The notes beneath the pieces were generated by a model. It was not told the DNA's origin and did not search any database. It was given only the letters and a program-made list of their open reading frames with translations. Below are positions 1 to 9,501 of a stretch of DNA of 64,000 nt, piece after piece. Origin of the DNA: an uncultured Verrucomicrobia subdivision 3 bacterium (GTDB lineage Bacteria > Verrucomicrobiota > Verrucomicrobiia > Limisphaerales > DASXHY01); NCBI GenBank assembly GCA_937890005.1, contig CALBZA010000040.1, positions 4,434-68,433 on the forward strand, written 5' to 3'. A program made the position numbers and the translations under genes. Position 1 is the stretch's first letter. Each line of letters opens with the position of its first letter.

Positions 1-209
1 CGTTTGGCGAGTTTGCCGATGACGATTTCGTTCAGCGTCTTCACCTTGAAACTGTCTTCCGCGCTGAGCTTGATTTCACTCTTCTCCAGCACGATCTCGG
101 CTTTGCTGCCTTTGAAATCGAAGCGGTTGACCAGTTCCTTCTTTGCCTGGTTCACTGCATTCTCGATCTCCATCGAGTTCACCTGCGAAACAATGTCAAA
201 CGATGCCAT
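1..209 (-). CDS. yajQ: YajQ family (UPF0234) nucleotide-binding protein, 3' end cut by window edge
   Basis: Not in the ORF track because it runs off the edge. Reverse translation from the ATG at 209-207 gives MASFDIVSQVNSMEIENAVNQAKKELVNRFDFKGSKAEIVLEKSEIKLSAEDSFKVKTLNEIVIGKLAK, the conserved YajQ N-terminus (xSFDIVS...R(Y/F)DFKGS). Confidence 0.8.
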   Translation of the reverse strand, partial: MASFDIVSQVNSMEIENAVNQAKKELVNRFDFKGSKAEIVLEKSEIKLSAEDSFKVKTLNEIVIGKLAK

Positions 210-262
210 GCCGCGAAGGCTAAAAGGCGATGCCGGAATTCTCAAGGACGCTGTTCAGCATT

Positions 263-296
263 AAAAAAGGCGGCGCTCTTTTCAGAACGCCGCCCG
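263..296 (-). terminator. Rho-independent terminator downstream of the GH51 gene
   Basis: On the minus strand, the GGCGGCG (294-288) / CGCCGCC (275-269) stem with a 12-nt loop is followed by TTTTTT (268-263). It lies 20 nt after the stop at 316. Confidence 0.65.
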
Positions 297-315
297 GTTC
301 AAACCGCAAAGAGAC

Positions 316-1908
316 TTATTCCAATGCGAGCACGACCACTGATTTGGCGGGCAGCGTTGTTGAGAAACCGGAATCGGTTGTCTTGAAAGCATTGAACGCC
401 GCCGGCTTCACCACGTCCGGATTATCGAAGGTGTTGTGCGAGTTGATTGCCGGCGCGGTGAGAACCCGGCCTGAAATCTTCTGAACCTTCAAGCCTGCCA
501 GTTCGCACGCGATTTCAGCGGGTTCGGTCGCGCTGAGATTACAGAGTGTCACGTGGACTTTTCCGTCCTTGCTCCGCGATGCCGAGGCGTTCACCTGCGG
601 GATCTCGTGGTTTCCAGACTTGTAGTTCTGCGTCTTGAGATCGATCGGCAGGAGCGTTGCATCGTGATGCACGGTGTACATCTCAAACACATGATAGGTC
701 GGCGTAAGGACCATCTTTTCCTTGTCGGTGAGGATCATCGACTGCAGCACGTTCACGGTTTGAGCGATGTTCGCCATTTTCACGCGATCGCAGTGCTGGT
801 TGAAGATGTTGAGCGTGATGCCGGCGACCAGCGCGTCGCGCAGCGAATTTTGCTGATATAGGAAGCCGGGGTTGGTTCCCGGTTCCACGTCATACCAGGT
901 GCCCCATTCGTCCACGATCATGCCGATGCGCTTCTGCGGATCGTATTTGTCCATGATTTTGCCGTGGCTGCGGACGAGATCGTCCATCTCGAGTGATTTG
1001 CGGAGCGTGGTGTGCCATTCCGCTTCGTCGAACTGCGTGGCGGAACCTTTCTGACGCCATGAACGCGGGACGGTGTAGTAGTGCAGCGAAAGTCCCTGCA
1101 TGCGGCGTCCGACGTTCCGCATCACCACTTCGGTCCAGTTAGTGTCGCCGGCATTCGCTCCGCAAGCAAAGCGGGCGATCGGATTGTCGCGGTCGTAGTT
1201 TTTCACGAACGTGTTGTAGCGGCGATAGAGGTCAGAGTAGTAATCCGGCGTCATGTTGCCGCCGCAACCCCAGCTTTCGTTGCCGACGCCGAAGAAGGCG
1301 ACCTTCCATGGCTTCTCGCGTCCGTTCTGGCGGCGGAGATTGGCCATCGGGGAATCGGCGCTGGAGGTCAGATACTCGACCCATTCCATCATTTCCTGGA
1401 CTGTGCCGCTGCCGACATTGCCGCAGATGTAAGCGTCGGTTCCGAGCTGCTCGCAGAGATCCATGAATTCGTGCGTGCCGAAGTGATTGTTTTCCACCAC
1501 GCCACCCCAGTGGGTGTTGATCATCGCCGGACGTTTCTCGCGCGGTCCAATGCCATCCTTCCAATGATACTCGTCAGCGAAACATCCGCCCGGCCAGCGA
1601 AGCACTGGAATTTTGATCGCCTTCAATGCAGCGACGACATCGTTGCGAATGCCGCGCGTGTTCGGAATGGGACTGTCCGGTCCGACCCAGATGCCTTCAT
1701 AAATGCAGCGTCCGAGATGTTCGGCGAAGTGGCCGTAGATGTTCTTGTTGATGACATTCGTTCCTTGATCGGCATGGATTACGAGGCGAGTGCCGGTGCT
1801 GTCGGCTCCGGTGCTGACGGGCTCAGTCGCCGCCGCGGAAACCTTGCTGGCGCAACCCGTGGCCAGAAGAAGCGAGGGAATCAATGAAAGGATGGTTCTG
1901 AGTTTCAT
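316..1908 (-). CDS. abfA: alpha-L-arabinofuranosidase, glycoside hydrolase family 51 (lipoprotein)
   Basis: ORF track 316..1926 starts at a GTG; I start at ATG 1908. [19 protein letters not shown] is a lipobox signal. [23 protein letters not shown] and [12 protein letters not shown] are GH51 hallmarks. Confidence 0.9.
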   Translation of the reverse strand: MKLRTILSLIPSLLLATGCASKVSAAATEPVSTGADSTGTRLVIHADQGTNVINKNIYGHFAEHLGRCIYEGIWVGPDSPIPNTRGIRNDVVAALKAIKIPVLRWPGGCFADEYHWKDGIGPREKRPAMINTHWGGVVENNHFGTHEFMDLCEQLGTDAYICGNVGSGTVQEMMEWVEYLTSSADSPMANLRRQNGREKPWKVAFFGVGNESWGCGGNMTPDYYSDLYRRYNTFVKNYDRDNPIARFACGANAGDTNWTEVVMRNVGRRMQGLSLHYYTVPRSWRQKGSATQFDEAEWHTTLRKSLEMDDLVRSHGKIMDKYDPQKRIGMIVDEWGTWYDVEPGTNPGFLYQQNSLRDALVAGITLNIFNQHCDRVKMANIAQTVNVLQSMILTDKEKMVLTPTYHVFEMYTVHHDATLLPIDLKTQNYKSGNHEIPQVNASASRSKDGKVHVTLCNLSATEPAEIACELAGLKVQKISGRVLTAPAINSHNTFDNPDVVKPAAFNAFKTTDSGFSTTLPAKSVVVLALE

Positions 1909-2215
1909 GATTGCGGAATTCAACACAATGGGATGGGGCGCACAATCACCAAGTTATGCAAATTTGTGACTGCCGGTACACGAACAAGCCTGACAGGCGA
2001 TCTCTGCAAAAGCCGGTTGAACCAGCGGAGCGCGGAGCATTGCTCCGCAAGTTTCGTCAGATTGTCGCGCAGCTCCGAGCAGTTTGAGCGTGTGCGCGGA
2101 TTTGACGGCAGCCGTAACGCGGCTCACTGTTACAAAAATTGGAAAATGATTTTGTACACAAAGCTGGCGGGAACTGATATGTAACCGGGCGGATGGACGG
2201 TAGGGGTATTGCCTT

Positions 2216-3046
2216 ATGGCACTGTCGCAGGTGGTGAAACACGTTTTTCGCATGGAACTCAAAGACATTGTGGGACAATTCGCCGGCCGGACGCTTCCGG
2301 TCAAAGGCTTCAGCCGCAAACGTTCTCTTCTCCGCCGTTCAAGACGCCATAAAGCGCGACGCGCACCGACCATTTCCGTCATCATCCCCGCGCATAACGA
2401 GGAGCGTTATCTGCGAAAGACGCTGCTCGCATTGCGCCGACAGAGTTTCAGGAAATTTGAAGTCATTGTTGTCGCCAATGGCTGCACGGACCGGACGGAG
2501 GATGTGGCGAGGGAATTGTGCGACCGGCTTGTGGTGCTTTCACAGAAATGTCTTGGCGTGGCGCGGAATCTCGGTGCGCGCATGGCGAAGGGGGACATTC
2601 TGGTTTTTCTCGATGCCGACACGCTTCTCGACCGGCACGCGCTGCGCACGATTTCAGAACGGTTCACCCGACGGCACGCAGCCGGAACGGTGATTGGAAA
2701 ACCGGATTCGTCGCGTTTCGCCTACCGCGTGATTTACGGCGTGAAGAACCTGATCCATCGGACCTCGCTGCATCATGGCAGCTCGGGCGTGATTCTTTGC
2801 TGGCGGGAACACTTCATGAAGCTCGGTGGCTTCAAGGAAAACCTGGAGGTTCGCGAGAACAGTGAACTGATGAAACGGCTGGAACGTTTCGGACGTTACA
2901 CCTGCATTCGAAAGGCCACGGCAGTCACTTCCATGCGCCGCTACGATCAGCGTGGAGTCGGGCGCATGTGCTGGATGTGGACGCGGCTGTGGTTCGAATC
3001 GTTCTTCCGCGATCTTGGCGACCGGAAATACGAGACGATCCGCTGA
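2216..3046 (+). CDS. glycosyltransferase family 2 protein
   Basis: ISVIIPAHNEERYLRKTLLALRRQSFRKFEVIVVANGCTDRT plus FLDADT (DxD) indicate a GT-A fold. The start is uncertain (ATG 2216 or ATG 2252). Confidence 0.8.
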   Translation: MALSQVVKHVFRMELKDIVGQFAGRTLPVKGFSRKRSLLRRSRRHKARRAPTISVIIPAHNEERYLRKTLLALRRQSFRKFEVIVVANGCTDRTEDVARELCDRLVVLSQKCLGVARNLGARMAKGDILVFLDADTLLDRHALRTISERFTRRHAAGTVIGKPDSSRFAYRVIYGVKNLIHRTSLHHGSSGVILCWREHFMKLGGFKENLEVRENSELMKRLERFGRYTCIRKATAVTSMRRYDQRGVGRMCWMWTRLWFESFFRDLGDRKYETIR

Positions 3047-3054
3047 TCGTTCGT

Positions 3055-4050
3055 TCAGGCGGCGAACGCGTTGTTCGCCTTCACCAGCTGCGCCGGCGCT
3101 TTTGCATCCAGGCAAAAAGTCTGACCGACTTCCTGCCAGCCGATGCGGTCGGCACTGATGGCTTCATTCAAACGTTCAAGCGGTTCCACCGTTCCTTCGC
3201 GACCGAATGGGAACGTGTTGAAATGCATCGGGAGAAAACGATCGGCTCCAGCCTGATCCGCCATCTTCACCGCCTGCTCCGGAGAGCAATGCGCGAAAAT
3301 CCACGGGTCGTAAGCGCCGATCGGCATGATGGCAACTTCGAACGGTCCTTTGCTGCGAAGCTTCGAAAACGAATCGCTCCATGCGGTGTCGCCGCCGAAC
3401 AGAATCTTCTTTCCGCCGCGGGACAAAATGTAACCGCTGTAACCGCGTTCCCGATCGTATTTCCAGCGCCGTCCCCAGTGATTCACTTCGAAGGCTTCCA
3501 CTTCCACATCGCCGCTGATTGTCTTCACGACGGCGCTCTCTCCCCAGCGAAGTTCTGTCGGTCGTTTGAACTTCATGTCGCTCAACAGATCGGCGGTTGA
3601 ATGGCCGGTGACGGCTTTCGTCGTCGCCGGGAGAAGTCGCAACGTCGCCGGATCGAGATGATCCATGTGCGCGTGGGAAATCAAAACGAGGTCGATGTGC
3701 GGCAGTTGCTTTGGCGTCAGCGCAGGTTGAATCAGGCGCTTCGGTCCGATGGTGCCAAACGGAGTGTCGGCGCCGATGCGGTTGAACAGGACAGGATCGG
3801 TCAGGATCGTCACGCCGTAAAAGTTGATCAGCACGCTCGCATGGCCGAGCCACGCGGCGGTGATGGTGTTCGGATCCCACAACTCAGGTTGAGGCCTGTC
3901 CGATGGATTCAGGAGCGATCTCTGCGTTTCGGCGATGAAGCCGCGGAGCAATCGGGCTGGAAGAATGTCGGACGCACCAGCCCAGACGCCACAGAGGCTG
4001 AGAGAACTGAGGGTGAGAAAACGGCGACGGGAAAAATCTCTGCTGTTCAA
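3055..4050 (-). CDS. MBL-fold metallo-hydrolase (NAPE-PLD-like), Tat-type signal
   Basis: N-terminal SRRRFLTLSSLSL twin-arginine motif and the HAHMDHLD (HxHxDH) metal site. The first in-frame start is TTG at 4050. Confidence 0.75.
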   Translation of the reverse strand: MNSRDFSRRRFLTLSSLSLCGVWAGASDILPARLLRGFIAETQRSLLNPSDRPQPELWDPNTITAAWLGHASVLINFYGVTILTDPVLFNRIGADTPFGTIGPKRLIQPALTPKQLPHIDLVLISHAHMDHLDPATLRLLPATTKAVTGHSTADLLSDMKFKRPTELRWGESAVVKTISGDVEVEAFEVNHWGRRWKYDRERGYSGYILSRGGKKILFGGDTAWSDSFSKLRSKGPFEVAIMPIGAYDPWIFAHCSPEQAVKMADQAGADRFLPMHFNTFPFGREGTVEPLERLNEAISADRIGWQEVGQTFCLDAKAPAQLVKANNAFAA

Positions 4051-4396
4051 CTGTATCCTGCGTTTAACGGTTCAAAATTGTGGGTAGTTTACCCCATGCG
4101 AAAGGCTGTGCAAGAGGCGCATCGCAGAATGTTCCGAAAATTTCTGTTTCTCCTCGGAAAATCGAACTGCCTCCAATTGAGACAATTCCAAAAAGAAGCC
4201 GTTTGATCATCGCGAGCGTTCGAACTCCACGTTCTCGTCGCAACGCCTGAGAAATCTTCGCGGAACCGGGCTACGCCCTAAGTAGTAGCGGAAACGAGGG
4301 TGCGCAAACTCCCGCTGCGACCGAGGACGTATTCTACACTTTGCGCGTCGATGATAGAACAGGCTCACACAACGGAACTGAACCAAACAAAAAAAT

Positions 4397-4819
4397 ATGA
4401 ATACCCAAAAACAACTCGTCGAAGCTCCCACATCGGATTCTTCCACCACTTACGAAACCCTGGCCTATCTCGATGCCTACGACGCGGTGCTGAACTGCGA
4501 TTACGCGTTCGTGGCCTACAAGGAAACCAGCCGCGATTCCGGCGAATGGCGCGTGCGCATTCGTTCGTCGCAAACCGCGGGTGCGGTGTTCGAGCCGGCA
4601 ATGATGCAGTCGAACGCCCGCTCAACCGGTGCCCAGGGCAAGCCTTGGTTCCAATGGGGCTACAGCTTCGATCCCAGCCCCAGCGATCCGCGCAACATTC
4701 AGTTTCGCGTTCACGTGAAGAACGGCCAACCGTCCGAAATTGAAATGCTCGTGCAGCTTCGGAAATTCGACGGCACGGCGGACGAAGCAAAGTCGGTGAA
4801 GTTTCCCTGGCCGGCCTGA
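4397..4819 (+). CDS. hypothetical protein (140 aa)
   Basis: This is a clean ORF on the same strand as, and closely spaced with, the following genes. I recognise no family motif. Confidence 0.5.
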   Translation: MNTQKQLVEAPTSDSSTTYETLAYLDAYDAVLNCDYAFVAYKETSRDSGEWRVRIRSSQTAGAVFEPAMMQSNARSTGAQGKPWFQWGYSFDPSPSDPRNIQFRVHVKNGQPSEIEMLVQLRKFDGTADEAKSVKFPWPA

Positions 4820-4857
4820 AACGGCTGCAATGCGAAATCGCATTCGCTTGAATCATC

Positions 4858-5202
4858 ATGAAACGCCTCCTTCTGACACTGACCGTCGCGGCGATGCTGA
4901 CCGGATGCCGGACGCCGCAGAGCTGGGTTCGGACAGAAGTTTATTTCGGACTCAGCAAACCGGATGGTTCGCTGGTCAGTGCCAAGGAATGGCAGGCGTT
5001 TCTCGATGAAACAGTGACACCAAGATTTCCCGCCGGTTTGAGCGTGATCGACGGCCGGGGACAATGGCGCGATCGCAGTGGAGAAATCGATCGCGAGCCA
5101 GCCAAGGTGCTGATCGTTGTGCATCCGGCTGGCGCGGCGACCGAAAGGGAAATCGACATGATTCGGAAGCAGTATTGCAGCGCTTCTCGCAAGAGGCGGT
5201 GA
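4858..5202 (+). CDS. DUF3574 family lipoprotein, apparently frameshifted near 5175
   Basis: MKRLLLTLTVAAMLTGC is a lipobox. YFGLSKPDGSLVSAKEWQAFLDETVTPRFPAGLSVIDGRGQWRD matches my recollection of DUF3574. The family-like C-terminus QRFSQEAVMKV is in the -1 frame, running to the stop at 5235-5237. Confidence 0.65.
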   Translation: MKRLLLTLTVAAMLTGCRTPQSWVRTEVYFGLSKPDGSLVSAKEWQAFLDETVTPRFPAGLSVIDGRGQWRDRSGEIDREPAKVLIVVHPAGAATEREIDMIRKQYCSASRKRR

Positions 5203-5244
5203 TGAAAGTGACAACCAAGGTTCGTGTGAAGTTTTAGGAGTGTT

Positions 5245-6429
5245 ATGAAAAAAATCGACCTGCAGACCAAAACGTTTCCGGCGCGTGTAGCCGAACTCGG
5301 ATTTACCACTGATGTTCCGGCCGATTGGATCGTCCACGAGCTGCCAAATGAAATCCCGAACTTTTCCGATCCAACCGCGTTCGTGCCGCTCGCGGTGGTC
5401 ACCGCACCGCATGCCGCCATCATACTCGCGTTCGCGGCGCGTCCGGCCTATGACGACGGCACGCTTCACGAGTGGGCCTGGTATCATCTCAACCACAACA
5501 AAATGCAGGCCCGCGCCGCGGCGCAGGATCAGATTGGTGACATCCCGGCGTTTGTCGGCGAGGCGATCCAGCAATCGGACATGGGGCCGATGCTCGTCCG
5601 ATTTGCGTTCATTGAAGATGGAAACCGGCTGGTTAATCTGACTCTCACCGCGCCGGAAATGCTGGCGGACGCTGTGCAGGAAGTCTGGTTCGCCGTGCTC
5701 CGATCGTTTCGGCTGGAAACTCCGAAAGGTTCGCGCTTCAGCAAAGCGGGACAGCCGGAGCCGGTGGCGGAAACGAGCGTGCCGGTTGAATCGGTGAAGC
5801 CCTCCGAAACTCAGCCCGCTCAAACCAAAGCGAGCGGTTTCGCCGCTCACGCCCTTGCGAACGACGCTGCGTCAATCGATCCGGAACATCCAACAAACGC
5901 GAACCTTCGCAATCGGGGCATCGGGTTCGTTCCGAATGTCGCGGCGATTCACAACGAGGAAAAGCGCGCGACACTCGCTGCTGCGGCCATTGAAGCGTTC
6001 TTCGATGTTCCCTTGGGATGGCATGTGACCGACGACGGCAAACGGACGTTGATCTTCGAACCATCCGGTCAGGTGCAGATCAATCTCAATGTCATCCCGA
6101 CCGAAGGCGGAAGCCGTTCTGATGTGCTCGACGCCATCCAGGCTGAAACGGAGCAAAGCTATCCGCATCCGGAGTTCATGCGGCTCAACCAGGGCAACAT
6201 CGAAGCGCTCGGCGTGAGAAACATCCACGACGGCGACCAGCCGCTGGAGCAGTATCATCTCCTCGTTCCGTGGCACAACGATCGTTGTTATTTGCGCGCC
6301 CGGGTGACTTCGACGCCGGAACGTGCGGCCGATGCCTGCAATCTGGCCGAGTTGATCTTGAACAGCGTCTCTTTCGGCGGCACACCCGCGCATTCGCATC
6401 TGCCGAGTGAAGCGCATTCAGCTGCCTGA
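5245..6429 (+). CDS. hypothetical protein with two related domains joined by a P/E/S-rich linker
   Basis: AGGAG at 5236-5240 precedes ATG 5245. Internal repeat: TTDVPADWIVHELP...VLRSFRLE versus FFDVPLGWHVTDDG...ILNSVSFG. Confidence 0.6.
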   Translation: MKKIDLQTKTFPARVAELGFTTDVPADWIVHELPNEIPNFSDPTAFVPLAVVTAPHAAIILAFAARPAYDDGTLHEWAWYHLNHNKMQARAAAQDQIGDIPAFVGEAIQQSDMGPMLVRFAFIEDGNRLVNLTLTAPEMLADAVQEVWFAVLRSFRLETPKGSRFSKAGQPEPVAETSVPVESVKPSETQPAQTKASGFAAHALANDAASIDPEHPTNANLRNRGIGFVPNVAAIHNEEKRATLAAAAIEAFFDVPLGWHVTDDGKRTLIFEPSGQVQINLNVIPTEGGSRSDVLDAIQAETEQSYPHPEFMRLNQGNIEALGVRNIHDGDQPLEQYHLLVPWHNDRCYLRARVTSTPERAADACNLAELILNSVSFGGTPAHSHLPSEAHSAA

Positions 6430-6473
6430 GCTTCGATCGCACGCTCTGAATCCTGTTCTCCTGACGTTCTCAA

Positions 6474-7013
6474 ATGAACCGTTGGACCACTTATCTCGCG
6501 GGGCCCGAAACCGTGCTCGCGATCATCACAATGCTGATCTTCGGCATCTGCGCGCGCCACAATTCCGGGGAGGGCAGGGATGTGGAGCTGATGGAGAAGC
6601 TGGTGACGGGACTGGCGTTTTGGGTGGTGCCGTTGGTTTTTGCCACCGTCTTCGTTCCTGGTTCAAAGAACTGGTGGTGGCTGGGACGCGCGGTGATGTT
6701 CACATCGGTCATGCTGCTCGTGATGGCTGGAAAGTTGATCAGCGGATTCGGCACCGGCTCCAAAGGACAGGACGCCGGGTTCATCATGGTGATGGTTTTT
6801 GGAGTGTTCATGGTGGCGGTCTGCTCCGCGATCGCGGGTGCGATGATTCTGTCCGAAACGAAACCGGCATTTGGATCGTGGTTCTCGAATCATAAATTCG
6901 TCGGATCGCTGCTGGTGCTCGTTGCGATGGTTCCAATCGGATTTCTGCTGGGAATTATCCAGTCGGTTGGCGTCGGTATATTTTTGAGCGCCTGGTCTGC
7001 CTTCAAACGTTGA
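6474..7013 (+). CDS. hypothetical polytopic membrane protein (179 aa)
   Basis: About five hydrophobic helices, for example LAIITMLIFGICA, GLAFWVVPLVFATVFV, VMFTSVMLLVMAG, FIMVMVFGVFMVAVCSAIAGAMIL and LLVLVAMVPIGFLLGIIQSVGVGIFL. Confidence 0.6.
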   Translation: MNRWTTYLAGPETVLAIITMLIFGICARHNSGEGRDVELMEKLVTGLAFWVVPLVFATVFVPGSKNWWWLGRAVMFTSVMLLVMAGKLISGFGTGSKGQDAGFIMVMVFGVFMVAVCSAIAGAMILSETKPAFGSWFSNHKFVGSLLVLVAMVPIGFLLGIIQSVGVGIFLSAWSAFKR

Positions 7014-7018
7014 ATCTC

Positions 7019-8344
7019 ATGTCACAACTGCTTCGCAACAGTCCGGGTCTCCTCGCTTGGGTGGGGATCTTTGTCATCGCCACGTTCGTCTTCGGCATCA
7101 TCGGAATCATGATGAGCCGCTCGGGAACATCCTTGCGTCCCATCTATTGGATGGCGGGATTTCTTCTGCTGGTCGGCGCGCCGCAGTTCCTGGCACACCT
7201 TGCCTTTGCCATCGCGGCTGTGAAACGCGATGCACCGCGCGTGGCTGCAATGGAGCAATTGTTCAAATCGGACAACCTGGAAGCGCGACGGGATGCGGCA
7301 AAACTGTTGTTCGGACCGGACGCACATGCCGACCTTGTGGCCGACGCGCGACGTTTTTTCAGTCAGTCTATGGCCGATGCGGAGGCCGGGCAGTTCGCGA
7401 GTCTGCCGACCGGTGAAACCGTTCTGCTGGCGAAGTTCAAAGGTTACACCGGTGCGGAAAAGGCGTGGGTGCAGTATCTGCGCGAAACGGGTTTGAACCA
7501 GTTGGGGGGCAAGGGCGATTCCCAACGCGGTTTTGCTGTGACGCGTCCCGTTGGCGATCGCGCGTATGCGTTGCACATGGGCAACATGTTGGGTGTCTGG
7601 ACTGGTCCGAATGACGCCGCGATCCGGCAGCGAATGCTCGCTGGCGGATTCAAAATACCGTCGCGCGCGCCGTTGGACGGAGCCGGAGCCATCGCTCAAA
7701 ACGGTGCCAAATCCAGTCGATCTGGCACGAGTCCGGTTCGCATGGCTGCGATTGCCGGCGGCGTTGCGATCTATCTGCTTCTCGTGGTTGCCTACTTTTT
7801 CAAGGGAGCGGCCTGGGCTTCGGGTGCACCGGCCAAGCCGGGTGTGGTTGCGGTGAACTCAGAAGAACTCGCCGTGCGGCTCGAGTCGATCAATCAGCTG
7901 GACGTTCCATTCCGAATCGAAAAGGGCGAGAAGCCGAACGAATTTTTTGCAACGTGGCGTTATGCGGATGCGAAATGGATTGATCTCGCCCGCGCCCGTG
8001 GCATCAAGCGCACGTTCCGCATCCGACTCACCCTGGACGAATCGGCGAAGGTCGTTCGCGCCACGGATTACATCTCCAGTTACGACTGGTCGGTTGGACG
8101 TGGCGGTGCGGACATTCAGTGGAAGGCGAGTTCCGGGATCGTGTTCTTTCAAAAGGAACAGATGAAGGTTCTGGGCCTGCAGCTGGATCAGTCGGGCATG
8201 CCGAAGCCGGAACTTTCCTACAGCTACAACTTCGATCTCATGGAACTGAAGGAGCCGGTGAAGGCGATCATCACAGAGGCGGGCTGGGACTGGCGTCCGG
8301 TTGTCTGGCAGAGCCCGAAGTCCTTGCGCTGGCTGACGGAATGA
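7019..8344 (+). CDS. hypothetical membrane protein (2 N-terminal TM, soluble region, third TM, C-terminal globular domain)
   Basis: ORF track 7010..8344 starts at a TTG overlapping the upstream TGA; ATG 7019 lies 5 nt after that stop. The TM segments are LAWVGIFVIATFVFGIIGIMM, IYWMAGFLLLVGAPQFLAHLAFAIAAV and MAAIAGGVAIYLLLVVAYFF. Confidence 0.6.
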   Translation: MSQLLRNSPGLLAWVGIFVIATFVFGIIGIMMSRSGTSLRPIYWMAGFLLLVGAPQFLAHLAFAIAAVKRDAPRVAAMEQLFKSDNLEARRDAAKLLFGPDAHADLVADARRFFSQSMADAEAGQFASLPTGETVLLAKFKGYTGAEKAWVQYLRETGLNQLGGKGDSQRGFAVTRPVGDRAYALHMGNMLGVWTGPNDAAIRQRMLAGGFKIPSRAPLDGAGAIAQNGAKSSRSGTSPVRMAAIAGGVAIYLLLVVAYFFKGAAWASGAPAKPGVVAVNSEELAVRLESINQLDVPFRIEKGEKPNEFFATWRYADAKWIDLARARGIKRTFRIRLTLDESAKVVRATDYISSYDWSVGRGGADIQWKASSGIVFFQKEQMKVLGLQLDQSGMPKPELSYSYNFDLMELKEPVKAIITEAGWDWRPVVWQSPKSLRWLTE

Positions 8345-8427
8345 ATCGGGCTGAATCGTTCGACATTCGAACGCGGGCAACAGAAGAAATTAAGGGATCG
8401 TGAAGCGGAAATTGAATCGGAGGTTTT

Positions 8428-9501
8428 ATGCAAATTCTTGGAAACGCTTTTCTGGCTGTAGCGGCGCTGATCTACATCGTGCCGATCCAATGGCTCGCAT
8501 TTGAAAGTCCGGTTGGAAAACGTGACGAAGGCGGCGGCGCCGTCTGGACCGTGATTTTCATTCTCGTTCCATTCTGGCTGCTGATTGCAGGAGGTCTTTT
8601 CATTGTGACCGGCCGCGGTGGCCTGGAATGGATCGGTCGCGAACGGTGGATGCAACATCTGCTCGCGGCGACTGGCGTGATCGGATTGTTCATCGTCACC
8701 GCGTTCTGCTACGTCGGGAAGTTTCAGCCCCACAATCTGTTTCCGGCGGTGCTGCGACCGTTGATGCTGTTGATGCTGCTGGCCGTTCCGTTGATTGCGC
8801 TGTTTTTTTGCGCGATGACGTTGAATGCAGAGCTGCTGCCGAAAGTTCGTCCGCAGTTTTACCGAATTCCGTTCGCAGTGGTTGGAACGATTGGGCTCCT
8901 TGCGTTTGTTGGAGTGATTGGACAATCGCTGTTTTCCAATGTGTTGAGAAGAGGCGTTGCACTGACGAATGCCGTGTCGAGAGAGAGCGAACGCGACCGA
9001 CAGATTCTTGAACGAGTGGCGACGCTCGATCCGCACAAGGATTTCGCCGAGCTGATCGGATTCGCGAACCGTTATGAAAATCAAAAGATTCGCGAGCTGG
9101 CCATCGGCAAGGCGCAGTCGCATCCCGACTTCGATGCCGCGCTGGAGAAAGTTTTGCGCAGCGGCCTGGCGGATGAGGCGCTGACGTACCTTGATGCGTG
9201 CGACGTGCCGAATCCGGAACGTTTTGCAGACGCCGTGAATGCGGCCATCCGGAGGTGTACGGAGTGGGTTCGAGAATCGGTGGCCAACACCCACACGTTT
9301 CACACCAGTGCGTTCGACAGTTCCACGCGCCGGATTCTCTCGGTTGTGGATAAGTTTCGCGGGAATGGAGTTGATTATGTGCCCGCAATCCGCGAATACC
9401 GGAGAGCCATGGATTCGAAGCGAACAGTGGACGTGGAGTTCAACGCAAGGAGAACTCTCGACAAATGGCTCGCGAAACATTCGCATCCAGCAAAACCATG
9501 A
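8428..9501 (+). CDS. hypothetical membrane protein (N-terminal polytopic domain plus helical C-terminal domain)
   Basis: GGAGG lies 6 nt upstream of ATG 8428. There are about 5 TM helices, followed by ATLDPHKDFAELIGFANRYENQKIRELAI... This is a paralogue of the next gene. Confidence 0.6.
   Translation: MQILGNAFLAVAALIYIVPIQWLAFESPVGKRDEGGGAVWTVIFILVPFWLLIAGGLFIVTGRGGLEWIGRERWMQHLLAATGVIGLFIVTAFCYVGKFQPHNLFPAVLRPLMLLMLLAVPLIALFFCAMTLNAELLPKVRPQFYRIPFAVVGTIGLLAFVGVIGQSLFSNVLRRGVALTNAVSRESERDRQILERVATLDPHKDFAELIGFANRYENQKIRELAIGKAQSHPDFDAALEKVLRSGLADEALTYLDACDVPNPERFADAVNAAIRRCTEWVRESVANTHTFHTSAFDSSTRRILSVVDKFRGNGVDYVPAIREYRRAMDSKRTVDVEFNARRTLDKWLAKHSHPAKP

Noticed and set aside
1927-2215. Small ORFs (1933..2184 +, 1954..2385 -, 2057..2278 -) in the divergent region between the GH51 and GT2 genes.
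   Set aside because: They mutually overlap, have no motifs, and show atypical composition. This is most likely the shared promoter region.
4051-4396. ORFs 4207..4449 (-) and 4300..4743 (+) in the gap before the 4397 gene.
   Set aside because: They overlap each other and the better-supported 4397..4819 ORF, and they carry no motifs. I treat the region as intergenic or promoter DNA.
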